Assembly (NCBI GenBank): GCA_965240325.2
Contig: OZ251225.1
Location: 1,798,001-1,862,000 of the forward strand
DNA length: 64,000 nt
Direction: 5' to 3'
DNA from: Rebecca billardiae RCC1528
Taxonomy: Eukaryota; Protista; Haptophyta
Shown here piece after piece: positions 46,270 through 57,387 of the stretch. Position numbers and translations under genes: made by a program. A model generated the notes under the pieces. The model worked only from the letters and a program-made list of their open reading frames with translations. It did no database searches and was not told the origin of the DNA. How positions within the stretch are numbered: the first letter of the stretch is position 1; each line of letters begins with the position of its first letter.

Positions 46270-46785
46270 CAGGCAATCGCGGGCAATAAGGAGCTGTCAC
46301 GTTAAGAAACTGGGGCTTGCTATCTGCGGATCTGGCCTAGAAACTGAGGCTAGCGATTGGCTGGTTCGCTATACGCATAGTCACACTAAGAAACCGGGAC
46401 TACGTCGTCCCGCGGCTCAGGCTGACGAGTGGTCCGCCGAGGGGCGAGGCGCAGTCGGCCCGTCGGGGACGCGGCGCGCGGCCCGACTACGAGTACAGGC
46501 CAAGCCCCGACTTCTCGTCCTGATGACTGACTCCTGGCCAGTGCACCGCAGCATCCATGCAACATCATGCCAGATTTGCTCCAAAAAGGCCCAAAATTTT
46601 CGTCGGCCTCGCCGGCCGGGCCTAAAGACTCAGCGGGGGGCTCTGCCCCCCTGCGCCCCCCGCGCCTGCGCGGCGGGCGGACCTAGCTAAGAAACTGAGA
46701 CTCCGTAGGCGCTCGGGCTACCGAACTGCTAAGAAACCGAGGCTAGCCGTGAGATCTCTGACTTCTTATTGCCCGCGATTGCCTG
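46270..46785 (+). mobile_element. MITE-B, Tc1/mariner-type (516 bp, 21-bp TIRs, TA TSD)
   Basis: TA|CAGGCAATCGCGGGCAATAAG ... CTTATTGCCCGCGATTGCCTG|TA. Internal AGAAAC(T/C)G repeats. Partial second copy at 62663. Confidence 0.9.
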
Positions 46786-47278
46786 TAGTGGCACGGCATG
46801 CGTTCCGAGCACGGTACAGTTACTGACTATTAATATATTATTAATATATATTGATATATATAATATTGGACGAATTCCCGAATATTCGACTCTGACGCCA
46901 GACATTCAGTCAGGCTCGTCAGCCTCGGGCGCGGTACCCGAGTCGCCCGGGGTGGGACCCCGTGCGACTCAGCTGCTTCTGAGCAATGGCTGAGGGGCCC
47001 GGCGGCTGACTGTGGACCTGTCACTGTAGTGGTTGGTGCCTGCGCGGCCGGGCAGTACGGTCTGTCAGAAAGTGTCTTCAGTGGGACATCCATGCTTCAG
47101 GATGATGAGCCGGGGCCCAAACTCGAACTGGAAGCCAGCCCAATGCGCCGCGAAGGGAAACGCGCTAAGGTACGCTTTTCACGTTGCTCGTCCTGTGAGT
47201 TGCCGATGATGCCCGCTGGTCGGTGAACATATCCCCGTTGTCGTACTTGCCTGATGCGGGGGCGAACGAGGATGGACG

Positions 47279-47587
47279 TCATTCGTCTTTCTGTTTGGAT
47301 TCCGCGCTCTTTGTACGCAGTTTCTTCGGCGGCTCTGGAAGCAAATCGGCGTAGTGGAGCAATCGCGCGACGGTGTCTGACGGCTGCGCGCCGACTGAGA
47401 GCCAGTACTTGGCCCGCTCGAAGTTCAGAGTCAACTTCTTTCTGCCGGTGTGGTCGATGTGGGGGTCGTAGGTGCCGATCCGATCGATGAACTTGCCGTC
47501 ACGGGGCGCGTTCGCGTTGGCCACCACCACTCTGTAAAATGGGTTGTGCCGGTTCCCCCATCGCTGCAGGCGCAGTCGCACCACCAT
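47279..47587 (-). CDS. MRPS16: Organellar (probably mitochondrial) ribosomal protein bS16, 102 aa
   Basis: [47 protein letters not shown]. Confidence 0.93.
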   Translation of the reverse strand: MVVRLRLQRWGNRHNPFYRVVVANANAPRDGKFIDRIGTYDPHIDHTGRKKLTLNFERAKYWLSVGAQPSDTVARLLHYADLLPEPPKKLRTKSAESKQKDE

Positions 47588-47702
47588 CGTGGACAGCTGC
47601 GCGTCGCGACGTACGATGACGACGGATCCGGACTTCCGGAGCGCCGGACCGGTTGCGGCATCCGGGCTCCGGCGGCGGGGCGCGAGTGAGCGTCTTTGCG
47701 CA

Positions 47703-49904
47703 ATGGCGCCGGCTCGGCGCACGCACGTCACGGAAGACGACGAGCTGGAGGCGGGAGAGGAGGAGGGCGCATCGGCCCCGCCCCCGCTCGACGTACCAGC
47801 TGCGAGCGATGAAGTGGATCCGCTGGACGCCTTCATGGCGAACATGGCCAGTGAGCAGAAGCAGGCGGCGCACGGTCGCTCCAGCAGCGAGCACGAAGCG
47901 GGGGAGGAGATCGACCCTCTCGACGCGTTCATGGCGGGCGTGGCGCGCGAGCAGCAGCGCACCACCGAACCGCGTGAGGGTGCAGCCCCTCGCTCAAGCA
48001 GATGCCACCGGAGCTTCGACGACGACGACGCCGATGACGACCACGTCGCCAGCTTCATCGAGGCACGCGAGCGTCAGCGCTCGGCCGCCGCCGAGCTGGG
48101 CTCAGAGCAGGATGCCGAAGACCCGAGGGCTGTGCCGGTGCTCCGGCCCGTGGACCACGCCGCCATCGAGTATGAGCCGTTCCAAAGGCACTTCTGGGCG
48201 CCCGCGCCCCCCCTCGCGCTCCAAGACGAGCACACGACCGCCGCGCGCCGCCGCGAGCTCCTTCTGACGGTGCATGGATTCGACGTCCCGCCGCCGGTGC
48301 GCTCGTTCGCCGAGTGCGGCTGCTTCGACGAGGCGCTGCTGAGCGCGCTGCGCGGGCGTGGGTTCGCCGAGCCGACGGCGGTGCAAGCCCAGGTGATCCC
48401 TGTCGCCCTCGCCGGGCGCGACCTCATCGGCATCGCGCAGACGGGCTCGGGCAAGACGGCCGCTTTCCTGCTGCCGCTGTTGGTGCACGCGGAGGCGCGG
48501 CGCGCGCCGAGCGCCGAGGACGGGCCGGTGGCGCTCGTGCTCGCGCCGACGCGCGAGCTCGCCGAGCAGATTTTCGTCGAGGCACGCCGGCTGGCCAAGC
48601 CGCGCGGCGTGCACTGCGCCGCCCTCTTCGGCGGGGTGGGCAAGTACGAGCAGCTGCGCGACGCGCGCGCGGGCGCACACGTTCTCGTCGCGACGCCCGG
48701 CCGGCTGCTCGACGTTCTGAAGAAGCGCTCGATCGGCGTGCGCCGCGTGAGCATCGCGGTGATTGACGAGGCGGATCGGATGTTCCAGCTCGGCTTCGAG
48801 CCGCAGCTCCGCTCCGTCCTCGGCCAGCTCCGCCCGGACCGGCAGACGCTGCTCTTCTCAGCCACCTTCCGGCCGAGGCTGGAGCAGCTCGCGCGGAGCG
48901 CGCTCGGCGCGCAGCCGGTGCGGGTGGTGGTCGGCGCGGCGGGCGACGCGAGCGCCGACGTGTCGCAGGTGGTGGAGGTGCTCGCGTCGGACGAGGACAA
49001 GTGGGCGTGGCTCGCGCCGCGCCTCGCGCACTTCTGCGCCGCGGGCGCCGTGATCCTCTTCGCCTCGACGCGGGTCGCGTGTGAGCAGCTGTGCTCCGCT
49101 GTGAATTCCCTGCGGCTGACGCGGCCGGCGAAGCCGGGCCAGGGCGAGGGTGGCGCGTGCTCGACAGGCTCGACAGGCAGGCAGGGGCCGCACGTGCGCG
49201 CGGAGAGCCTTCACGGGGACAAGCCGCAGCCAGAGCGGCTCGCGCTCGTCCGCGCCTTCAAGCGCGCCGAGTTCGACGTCCTCGTCGCCACCGACGTCGC
49301 TGCGCGCGGTCTCGACATCGAAGGAGTGCGCACGGTCGTCAACTTCGACGCCGCTCGCGACATCTCTGCGCACACGCACCGCATCGGGCGCACGGGCCGC
49401 GCGGGCGTGGAGGGCGTGGCGTACACGCTCGTCACGCACGCCCAGCCGGACTTTGCACGCGACCTCGCCGCCAACCTGCGATCGGCGCAGCAGGTGCCCC
49501 CGCCTGAGCTGCTCGAGCTCGCCGCGCGCGCGCGGCAGCAGCAGCCTCAACCATGGCGCGGCTCGGCGCGCGGCCGCGGCCCTCGCGGCGGCGCTCGCGG
49601 CATGTCCGGTCAGGCCCGGCCTGGGCTCGGTGCGTGGGCTCCTGGCACCGACTGCCGCTCCACACCCGCCGGCGCCAGCGTGCTTGGCGGGGCTTTTTGT
49701 CGAAGCTCCACGGCGTACGGCACAGAGCAGACCGCCTCAGCCGTGCCACCGGCTGGCCGGGGCTCGCCTCAGCCTTCCTCGGGCGGCACGGGGACGGTGC
49801 CACCACTGCCACCCAGGCAGATGGCTGCTGAACACGTCACTTCTGGCGGTGATGCAAATTCGCCGCCGCCAGCGAAACGCTCGCGTTGGGGGCCGCAGCG
49901 ATAG
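47703..49904 (+). CDS. DDX42: DEAD-box RNA helicase, DDX42-like
   Basis: DPLDAFMA twice, [55 protein letters not shown] and C-terminal KRSRW. Confidence 0.85.
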   Translation: MAPARRTHVTEDDELEAGEEEGASAPPPLDVPAASDEVDPLDAFMANMASEQKQAAHGRSSSEHEAGEEIDPLDAFMAGVAREQQRTTEPREGAAPRSSRCHRSFDDDDADDDHVASFIEARERQRSAAAELGSEQDAEDPRAVPVLRPVDHAAIEYEPFQRHFWAPAPPLALQDEHTTAARRRELLLTVHGFDVPPPVRSFAECGCFDEALLSALRGRGFAEPTAVQAQVIPVALAGRDLIGIAQTGSGKTAAFLLPLLVHAEARRAPSAEDGPVALVLAPTRELAEQIFVEARRLAKPRGVHCAALFGGVGKYEQLRDARAGAHVLVATPGRLLDVLKKRSIGVRRVSIAVIDEADRMFQLGFEPQLRSVLGQLRPDRQTLLFSATFRPRLEQLARSALGAQPVRVVVGAAGDASADVSQVVEVLASDEDKWAWLAPRLAHFCAAGAVILFASTRVACEQLCSAVNSLRLTRPAKPGQGEGGACSTGSTGRQGPHVRAESLHGDKPQPERLALVRAFKRAEFDVLVATDVAARGLDIEGVRTVVNFDAARDISAHTHRIGRTGRAGVEGVAYTLVTHAQPDFARDLAANLRSAQQVPPPELLELAARARQQQPQPWRGSARGRGPRGGARGMSGQARPGLGAWAPGTDCRSTPAGASVLGGAFCRSSTAYGTEQTASAVPPAGRGSPQPSSGGTGTVPPLPPRQMAAEHVTSGGDANSPPPAKRSRWGPQR

Positions 49905-50311
49905 GCGCACTGACGAGCCACGGAGCTCCATCGACTGCCATCGTCTATTCGTCATCGATGACTCTGACGATGGCGGGCATCATGTCGCTGGTCAGCAGTT
50001 GCTGCCACCGGAGCTCAATTCATCAGTCAATTCGGCAAGCTGAGTCGTACCGTTGATGCCGATGGCTTGGCGGAGCCGTAGCTGGCAATTCGTCAGCAAT
50101 ATGAAGTACTAGTATAGCGCAGGTGCTTATTAATGATTCTGCACTGTCGATCTGAATAATCGATCGTCTGTCTAATTCTGTCAATCGGCACTGGCCGGCG
50201 GCCTGCACTGGCAGTAGTGGCACTGCCCTAATTCCTGTACCGCGCGCCGCAGTCGCCCCGGCGAGTCGTCGGCAGTATAGACCATGAGGCGGACGAGCTT
50301 GCTAAGCAGCT

Positions 50312-51293
50312 GCTGCTATATTATTATTGCGCTGACGATGATGATGATGATTCTCGACGATCTAATTCTACAGTCCTCTCAACAGTTGATTACCCTATGG
50401 AGAGCACACCGTCACCTGCACATCACACCTTCTCCTGGCCGCCTAGGCTTGCATGACGGGCACCTGCGGCCCCAGCACTCTCCATTCGGTCGAGCTGCAC
50501 CCACCCATCATGACTTCAGCCGGGTGGGTGACAATTGGAGGACTCCTCTGGGCAGCACGTGAAGCCGGCCAGCTCGGACGTGACCGTGGCCGACAGGCTC
50601 CCACACCGCCCTTTCAGCCCAGCTTGTAGAACAGCGCGCCGCTGATTTTCGGCGGAGCCTCGTGTGCTGTGCTACAGGGCATACCCAATCAGCACGTGGG
50701 CCGCTGGCAGGCTAGGTGCATCTGGTGCACTGTGGTGGCCAATCCCCGACCACCACCCGCAGAGACGTGGCCTGCGCACTGAAACCGCACTGCTCACGCC
50801 AGGCTGTACTGCTAGGCTGGCTGCTAGGCAGTATCAAAGGCCATCCAGCTGCAGCGCCAGGGCCCACTATACAGCTGCTACACTCCCAGCCAGCCAGCCA
50901 GCCCACTGCTCAGGGGGTGATTTTCCATCTCTGCCTGCCCTCGTGGTGGTCCAGCACACCCGCGCAGCACCTGTCAGCCGGTAGCCCGGTTGTTCACCTG
51001 CACTCAATTTCTCTGACTGACTCAGCCCACACACCCGCCCAGCTCATACCCACCTGGTCTGTAAGGGCTATAGGTGTAGTAACAGATAGCAGGCAGCAGT
51101 GGGCCTCACACAGTGACTGAGCTGGTATAGACAGCCAAACACAAGGGTAACCAATTGTTGAGAGCACTGTACTACTGCTCATCCGTCATCGCGCGCGCGG
51201 TTCGTAGTCGTACTGGGACCGCGTGATGTGGCTCTCTCTCTCTCTCTCTATCAGAGTCTAGCGCGCAGTCTCTCGACGATCCGAAGCTCACTC
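50312..51293 (+). repeat. ~185-bp low-complexity dispersed repeat, copy 1, split by MITE-C
   Basis: The flanks of MITE-C rejoin to match the reverse complement of 53120-53307. Confidence 0.8.
50371..51169. mobile_element. MITE-C, Tc1/mariner-type (799 bp, ~26-bp imperfect TIRs, TA TSD)
   Basis: TA|CAGTCCTCTCAACAGTTGATTACCCT ... AGGGTAACCAATTGTTGAGAGCACTG|TA. Confidence 0.85.
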
Positions 51294-53119
51294 TAGATAG
51301 CTTATCTTAACAGTATAAGTAGCTGCGTCAAAGTATAGTCTATCCGTTATAGACTACTGTAGGATGACTACGACATTGTCATCGCTGAGGCGCCGGCAAT
51401 AACTGCGCGTTTATGGCGCACGGCCCCCCCGAAAGGTCTGAGCGTGAGCGAAAGCCGGGGGGGGCGGCGCACGTGCTCCGCAAAATCAAAAAAGAGGATG
51501 CGCGCAGGATTTGGGGGGATTTTTGTAGGTGGATTTAGTTAGGTGTGAAACCGAGCATTTGAGTCCATTTCGCTGCTCATGATTGCGTTTGTACTGCTCC
51601 TTAATCCTTGGATAGTAAGTAATAGACGAAGAAATCGGAAGCAAATAGGACGAAGTCATCTGTTATTGGCTTCTTGGCCCAATGCGGGTGGGATTCGAAA
51701 TCTTTATCTGCGAGGATTAAGAGCTCTCTGATGAAAGAAGTGTAGTGAGTGTGTCCTAGACAGCCTGAGCGGAAGGGCAATTATTGCGATTGTCATTCAA
51801 GATTCCTCACCCCTTATTGCAAACTGATTCCGAAGCCAATGCGGGTGTGATCGAAAATAAGACTACCAGCATAAGTCGCGTGACGATTCAGATCGCGAGG
51901 CGTCATGTTCCGTCGACGGTGCCGCCGTGCGCACGTGCCGCCCCGTGCGCGCGCGCGGCGGCGTGGCGCGCGGCCGAGCGCCGGGGAGCCTGGGCGGCGG
52001 CAGGCGCGCGGCGGGGCATGCGCTGCCCGAGAAGCTGGCGCACTCGCCCAGCGCCGCCGCGCACACCGCCGCCGACCTCGCGCGCACGCCCTCCGTCAAT
52101 CCTCGGCGTCCCGTCAGTCAGCGCAGGGGCGGAGCCGGAGGGCGCTAACCGGTCGGCGCACAGTGCCGCCGTCGCGGCGACGACGGCGACGACGGCGGCG
52201 CACGCGGGCGGCAGACGCTGTGCGAGCGCGCCACCGCCGACGCCGTCGCGCCGCCGCTGCCCTTGCCGCACCGTGCCGCCGTCGCAGACGGCAGACGGGC
52301 CGCGCCGCCGTTGGTCAACGCGCGCGCACGCGCTGCCACGGCCGCCGCACCGCCGCCGTCGAGATTCAAGATCGGCGCGGGCGTACGCTGCGGCTCGCGC
52401 AACGCGCCGCCGCCGCCGCCGCCGCTCCTCCCGCCCCCGTCCGCCCTCCCGCCCGTCCCGCGCCTCGACGGCGCGCGCCTCCAAAATGTGTCGGCACCAC
52501 CGTGCTCCGCGCCCTCGTGGCAGACGGCGGCGCACGCGGGGCTGCTGCCGTGTGGGCGACGGCGCGCGGCGCGCGACCCGACGTACGCGGCGGCGCTCGG
52601 CCGCACGCTCGAGGGGCCGCTGTGCGCGCTCGCCGCGCCGCCGCTGCCCGCCGCCGCCGCAAGCCGCAAGTCGCTCGCGCGCCGCGGCCGCGGCCGTGAG
52701 GCGGGCGGGAGGTGGCGGCTCGGCGCGCGCTGCGGAGGCGCCGCTGCTGCCGCTGCGCGCGGCGCAGCGGCTTCTCGCGTAGTGGTCGGGCGCGGCGCTG
52801 AGTGGCTGCTCTGCGCGCAGCGCGGCTGCGCACACAACGCGCGTGCGAGCTCGCGTGCACCCCCGGCGCCGCCCGGCCCGGCTGTCGGACTCGCCAGTGA
52901 CTCGGCTGCATTCGGCGCATGGCACCGTCCGACCGTCCGACCGTGTCGTCACAAGCCGGCTGCTGCTCACATTCACAAGCTGCGTGATTCGTGACGAATA
53001 AGACAGAACGCGACAACTAGCCACTATAGGGCCGTGCGCCGTCAACTTCGTTGTTCACTACCCGAAGTAATCGGCGTAGCCGATCATATATATATATAGG
53101 TAGTTAGTGCGGCGGCTGC

Positions 53120-53307
53120 GAGTGAGCTTCGGATCGAGAGACTGCGCGCTAGACTCATCTATGATAGAGAGAGAGAGCCACACGCGGTCCCAGTACGTGA
53201 CTACGAGTTAGTCGACGAGTACGAACCGCGCGCGCGATGACGGATGAGCAGCAGTCGTAGTAGATCGTCGAGAATCATCATCATCATCGGCAGCGCAATA
53301 ATGCAGC
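53120..53307 (-). repeat. ~185-bp dispersed repeat, copy 2 (uninterrupted)
   Basis: Inverted match to 50312-50370 plus 51170-51293. Confidence 0.8.
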
Positions 53308-53309
53308 CA

Positions 53310-55244
53310 TCACAGCATGGGCCCATTGGTGACAGTGCCATTGCCGCCGCCAGCGGGAGTGGGAGTGCTCGCGCCTTTCTTGGCTGGCGCGGCAGCACGA
53401 TTCGCCGACTTGGCTGTGCCAGCCTTCAAGGCTGCGTACTCGGCACCGGCCTTCGCCATCCGCGCCTTCAGCCTCGAGTTGACAGACCCAGTGGCGCCTT
53501 TGGCTGGGCGCTGGGCCGCTGCGGCGCCAGCCCGGCTCTGCTCGCCGCCGGCATGCTCGCTCTTCTGAGCGGGAGCGTGCTGATCTGCCGCCTGGGGCTG
53601 GCCCGCAGCGCCGCTGAATGAGCCGCCCCTCGCGCGGGAGCCCTTGCGGTTGGAGCACCCACCCGGACTGCCCGGCCGCGAGGCCCTGCGGCTGCCGGAG
53701 GCACCCGGACTGCCCGACCTCGAAGTGATGAGCACCCTCGGCCTCTCCGGCCCCTGTGCCGCCATCAGCATGCGATCCGAGTTCGGGTCTCGCCTGATCC
53801 ACCTCCCCCGCTCGTCGCGCTGCCACCCGCTGTGGGCCAGCCGCGGCAGGCCGTCCAGCACGAGGCGCTGAGGGGACGTCGGGGAGGCCAGCACGGGGGG
53901 CGAGGGGGGCGAGCAGGACGGGCGCTCGCCACCCTCCGCGGCGACGACGCTCGGGGGGAGCTCGAAGGCTGGCTGAGACTCCGATGAAGACGGGTGCTCG
54001 TCACGCTCCCACGTTGGCGGCTTTTTCGTGGAGGGCGTCGGCTCGGGGGTGCGCGGCTCGCGCGGCGTGAGCTCACCCGCCGGTCCGGACTCCGGCAGCT
54101 CGTCGTCACTGGATGAGAGCTGCCCTTCGTCACCGCCGGATCCAGTGACTGCGAGGGGTGGCGTGCCGGGCTCCATGGGCGTGTGGGACGGAGGCGGTTC
54201 AGAGCGCGCGTCCGAAAAGACGGGTGGCTCGTCGGGCAGCTCGTGCTGCTGCGGAGACGACGCACTGCCGGCCACCTCCGCCGGGGCACTCACGAGTGGC
54301 GGCGTGAGCGGGAGCTGATCTGCCAACGGCGCGGGTGCGCCATGCCCGGCCGCCGCCGTCTCGTGAGCTTGCATGCGCTGAGCCGGCGAAGGCGGTCGAG
54401 CCGAGCGCGGCCATGTCGCCGGCGGCTCGGCTGACGCCTGCGTGCCAACGGAAACGGTGGACTTGGCGCTCGGGGGCATCGTGAGCGGCCGGCGTGCCTC
54501 ACCGACTCTCCACGTGAACACCTGGCCGTCGTGCGTGAGCGCGACGCACGCGTCGTGCTGGCCGCCCAGCTGGACGACACGAGATGCGATGGGCACGCGC
54601 TGCGCATGGCTTGGTAGCGCGACGGGGGCAACGACGGCACGTTGGTGCGAGGGACCGCGATCTCCAGCCTGTCCGCAGCTGTCGCCACTCGCGCCCGCGC
54701 GCACCGGCCCGAAGCTGTGCTGCCGCGAGCCCTCGCCGCTCGCGGGCGTGCACACCAGTCCGAAGCTGTGCTGCCGCGACCCCTCGCCGCTCGTTGCCGT
54801 ACGCACCGGCCCGCAGCTGTTCTGCCGCGAGCGCTCTTGCACGACCTGTGGCGGCCGGGCGGCCTTCGGGCTCGGCAATCGGCGCGAGTGCGAGCCGAGG
54901 GATCGACTTGCGGCGATCATGACGCCGGCGAATGCCGCGACGAGAAGGCAGACGAGGGCCACCTGCCACCCCTGCATGCCGACAGGGGCACTCGTTGCGC
55001 CGCCAGCGTGGTGTGCGGGACCCGTGAGCAGCTCGGCCACCACGTTGACCCGCGTGCGATTCCGTGCATGGATCGCCGTCTCGCCGGCATGCACGTGGTT
55101 CGTTTCGCGGCTGACGGGATCGTTGTCGTCCGACGTGCCACTCAATTGCCTGTGGTCGTGGTTCCCGTGCAGGCGGGCCAACGCAAGCTCCTCGCCTTGC
55201 GGGCCGAGCAGGAAGAAACCAAGCGAGAGGACCATCGTGGCCAT
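53310..55244 (-). CDS. Hypothetical single-pass membrane protein with a disordered tail and one RCC1-like blade
   Basis: Signal-like MATMVLSLGFFLLG, TM WQVALVCLLVAAFAGVMIAA, three 17-aa SRQ(N/H)S repeats, and VALTHDGQVFTW. Confidence 0.6.
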   Translation of the reverse strand: MATMVLSLGFFLLGPQGEELALARLHGNHDHRQLSGTSDDNDPVSRETNHVHAGETAIHARNRTRVNVVAELLTGPAHHAGGATSAPVGMQGWQVALVCLLVAAFAGVMIAASRSLGSHSRRLPSPKAARPPQVVQERSRQNSCGPVRTATSGEGSRQHSFGLVCTPASGEGSRQHSFGPVRAGASGDSCGQAGDRGPSHQRAVVAPVALPSHAQRVPIASRVVQLGGQHDACVALTHDGQVFTWRVGEARRPLTMPPSAKSTVSVGTQASAEPPATWPRSARPPSPAQRMQAHETAAAGHGAPAPLADQLPLTPPLVSAPAEVAGSASSPQQHELPDEPPVFSDARSEPPPSHTPMEPGTPPLAVTGSGGDEGQLSSSDDELPESGPAGELTPREPRTPEPTPSTKKPPTWERDEHPSSSESQPAFELPPSVVAAEGGERPSCSPPSPPVLASPTSPQRLVLDGLPRLAHSGWQRDERGRWIRRDPNSDRMLMAAQGPERPRVLITSRSGSPGASGSRRASRPGSPGGCSNRKGSRARGGSFSGAAGQPQAADQHAPAQKSEHAGGEQSRAGAAAAQRPAKGATGSVNSRLKARMAKAGAEYAALKAGTAKSANRAAAPAKKGASTPTPAGGGNGTVTNGPML

Positions 55245-55618
55245 GGCCGCGAGCGCACAGGACGTGCGAACCCGACCGCTGCGCGCGCGTTCGCCCTCAT
55301 TCGGCATCTGTGGCGTCCCGCTCTCGAGCGCCGAGACGGTCCGGGCCGAACCACATCGACCTTCAGCGCGCACGGGGCGTGCTGCGTGAGCTGCGAGCAT
55401 GACGCGCGCCGGTCCAGGTCTCGATCCACCCCGCGCCCAGCGGGAACCTCCCACACCGGCGCACCCGTCCGGCCACGCAGCTACAGCATCCGGACGAGTT
55501 TCGCACGTCGCACGAGCTAGCTCAGAGCTGTGCATCCACCGGAAGATCCGCCGTGCTCACCACTGCCAACAGAAAAAACGCGCACGGTGGGCCGCCTACC
55601 ATTCATACAAGAGCGACG

Positions 55619-57073
55619 ATGGCGGCTCTTCTGCGAGGCCACGGCCTCTTGCTGATGGTGAGAGTGCTCCTGCCGCTGGTGCTCGCCGGCTACTCGGTGG
55701 CAGGCGGTCAGGGCCTCCCCACACCACGCTACTGTCCCCAGCTCGATGAGCCTGCGGATGCAGGCGTGCGGCTGCGCGAGCACCACGCAGCGCTCGCGCG
55801 CTGCTCGACTGTGCAGAGGTCATGGTGCTCGCCACGCTCGGGCCTGGTGCCACGTGATCTCGCCGTACCAACAGGGTGGACAGGCCGGCAGCTGCCAGCG
55901 CGCGAATCATGCGACTGGCCGCGCCCAAGCTCGTGCGCCTCTGTGCCCGACGATCCCAACGGCGACTTGAACGGTACCTCCACGCTCCTCGTGCGAGGAG
56001 GCTCAATGGCCCGCAGCGCACAACAAGGCGGAAGGCGCTTCCTCGCCGCACAAAGGCTCGGTCTTCTCCTGTACCCCGTGCTGAAAGGTGGCAGCATGGC
56101 GATGGGCGCTTGGTGGCGGAAATGCTTCAAACACGGCTGGACTCTCGGCAAGGCTCTGAAGATCAGCCCGCGCGGTGCCGGCGGAGAGGTGCAGCACATC
56201 GTCATGGCGCGCAACCCGGTCGTGCGCGTGCCCTCGGCACTCGCCGAGGCCCTGCACTGGTACACTGAGCCCGTCGAGCTACGCGATGGGCACGCGCACC
56301 TGCCCACGGCCAAATTCCTCCGCGGCATGCTCACGCCTGCGCAGCGTGGCGCCCTCACCAGCGCCGCTCGTGGCAACGAGTCCACTTGGCCACCGGCGGC
56401 GTACGAGCAGATGGTGGCAGCCATGGAGGCACAGTCGCTCGGATGGCTGCTGGCAGGGGTTACGCGCTCGAGGCCAGCGGCTGTCGCGTTCGTGGGCAGC
56501 CTGTGGCGCGCACACGCGGGCGCGCCGGGGGCGCGCGCCGAGCTGAGGGCGTACAGGTACGACGAGCGTTTACGTCTGGGCGCTTACTTGTCGGCTCTCG
56601 AGTGCTCCGACTTCTTCCCGTTCGGGAAGGAGGCGATGACGGCGACCGTCTTCGCACTCTCGAGCTTTAACCGGGCGGACGGCCAGCTGGACGAAAGCGA
56701 GCAGTACGTGGACCTCATACGTCACGTCGGCTATGCAACGCCGCGCGCTCAGCACCTCGTGCGCGCGGAGCGATTGAAGGAAGACTTTGCCAACGCGCTC
56801 CACGCAGCCAATCTGTCGCACGTCGTCCAGCGCTGTGGCAGCGGGCCGTCGTTCAGGAACAGTGCGGCAAAGACGGAAGAGGGCTCGGCCAAGCGTGAGC
56901 TGCACGCTGGTGGCGTGTATGCAGCCATGCTGAGCACGACGCCGGAGCTGATGCACGCTCTATGCCGTGCATATTTCCAAGACTTTGTGTGCTACGGCTA
57001 TGGTCTTCCGCCAGCGTGCAATGACACGTTGCACCCTGGATGGCACTGTCCGCAGGAACAGCCGGCGAGATGA
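55619..57073 (+). CDS. Carbohydrate sulfotransferase (Sulfotransfer_2 family)
   Basis: N-terminal anchor; PAPS-binding-like motifs YPVLKGGS and MARNPVVRVPSA; RAERLKEDF; C-terminal YFQDFVCYGY. Confidence 0.75.
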   Translation: MAALLRGHGLLLMVRVLLPLVLAGYSVAGGQGLPTPRYCPQLDEPADAGVRLREHHAALARCSTVQRSWCSPRSGLVPRDLAVPTGWTGRQLPARESCDWPRPSSCASVPDDPNGDLNGTSTLLVRGGSMARSAQQGGRRFLAAQRLGLLLYPVLKGGSMAMGAWWRKCFKHGWTLGKALKISPRGAGGEVQHIVMARNPVVRVPSALAEALHWYTEPVELRDGHAHLPTAKFLRGMLTPAQRGALTSAARGNESTWPPAAYEQMVAAMEAQSLGWLLAGVTRSRPAAVAFVGSLWRAHAGAPGARAELRAYRYDERLRLGAYLSALECSDFFPFGKEAMTATVFALSSFNRADGQLDESEQYVDLIRHVGYATPRAQHLVRAERLKEDFANALHAANLSHVVQRCGSGPSFRNSAAKTEEGSAKRELHAGGVYAAMLSTTPELMHALCRAYFQDFVCYGYGLPPACNDTLHPGWHCPQEQPAR

Positions 57074-57387
57074 CTGGGCGGCGGCTAGGGCTAGATTGTC
57101 GTAGTGATCAGCAGCGCGCTATTCCGTATTTCGCCCGTGCCGACGGCGTTACTCAGTCTGCTCATCAGTGACGGCACTCAGTACGTCAGCGAGTCAGCCT
57201 AGCTAGTTAGAACTAGTACTGAGCACAGAGACAGAGGCAGACTCTCAGGCTCAGAGCAGGCAGTTGTCGTCGCAGTTGATATATGTGATCGCGATCACTC
57301 ATAAACCGAGTGGCACGGCCGCCTCGGAGTATAGTCACATAGCTGCCGGCCACCGATATAAGCTATATAGCAGCCTAGCTAGACGTA

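Noticed and set aside
51676-51705. TTCGAATCCCACC on the minus strand resembling a tRNA T-arm
   Set aside because: It lacks GGTTC, a paired T-stem and any cloverleaf.
51784-53045. Overlapping 200-380 aa ORFs
   Set aside because: They are Arg/Ala-rich GC artefacts with no consistent coding frame.
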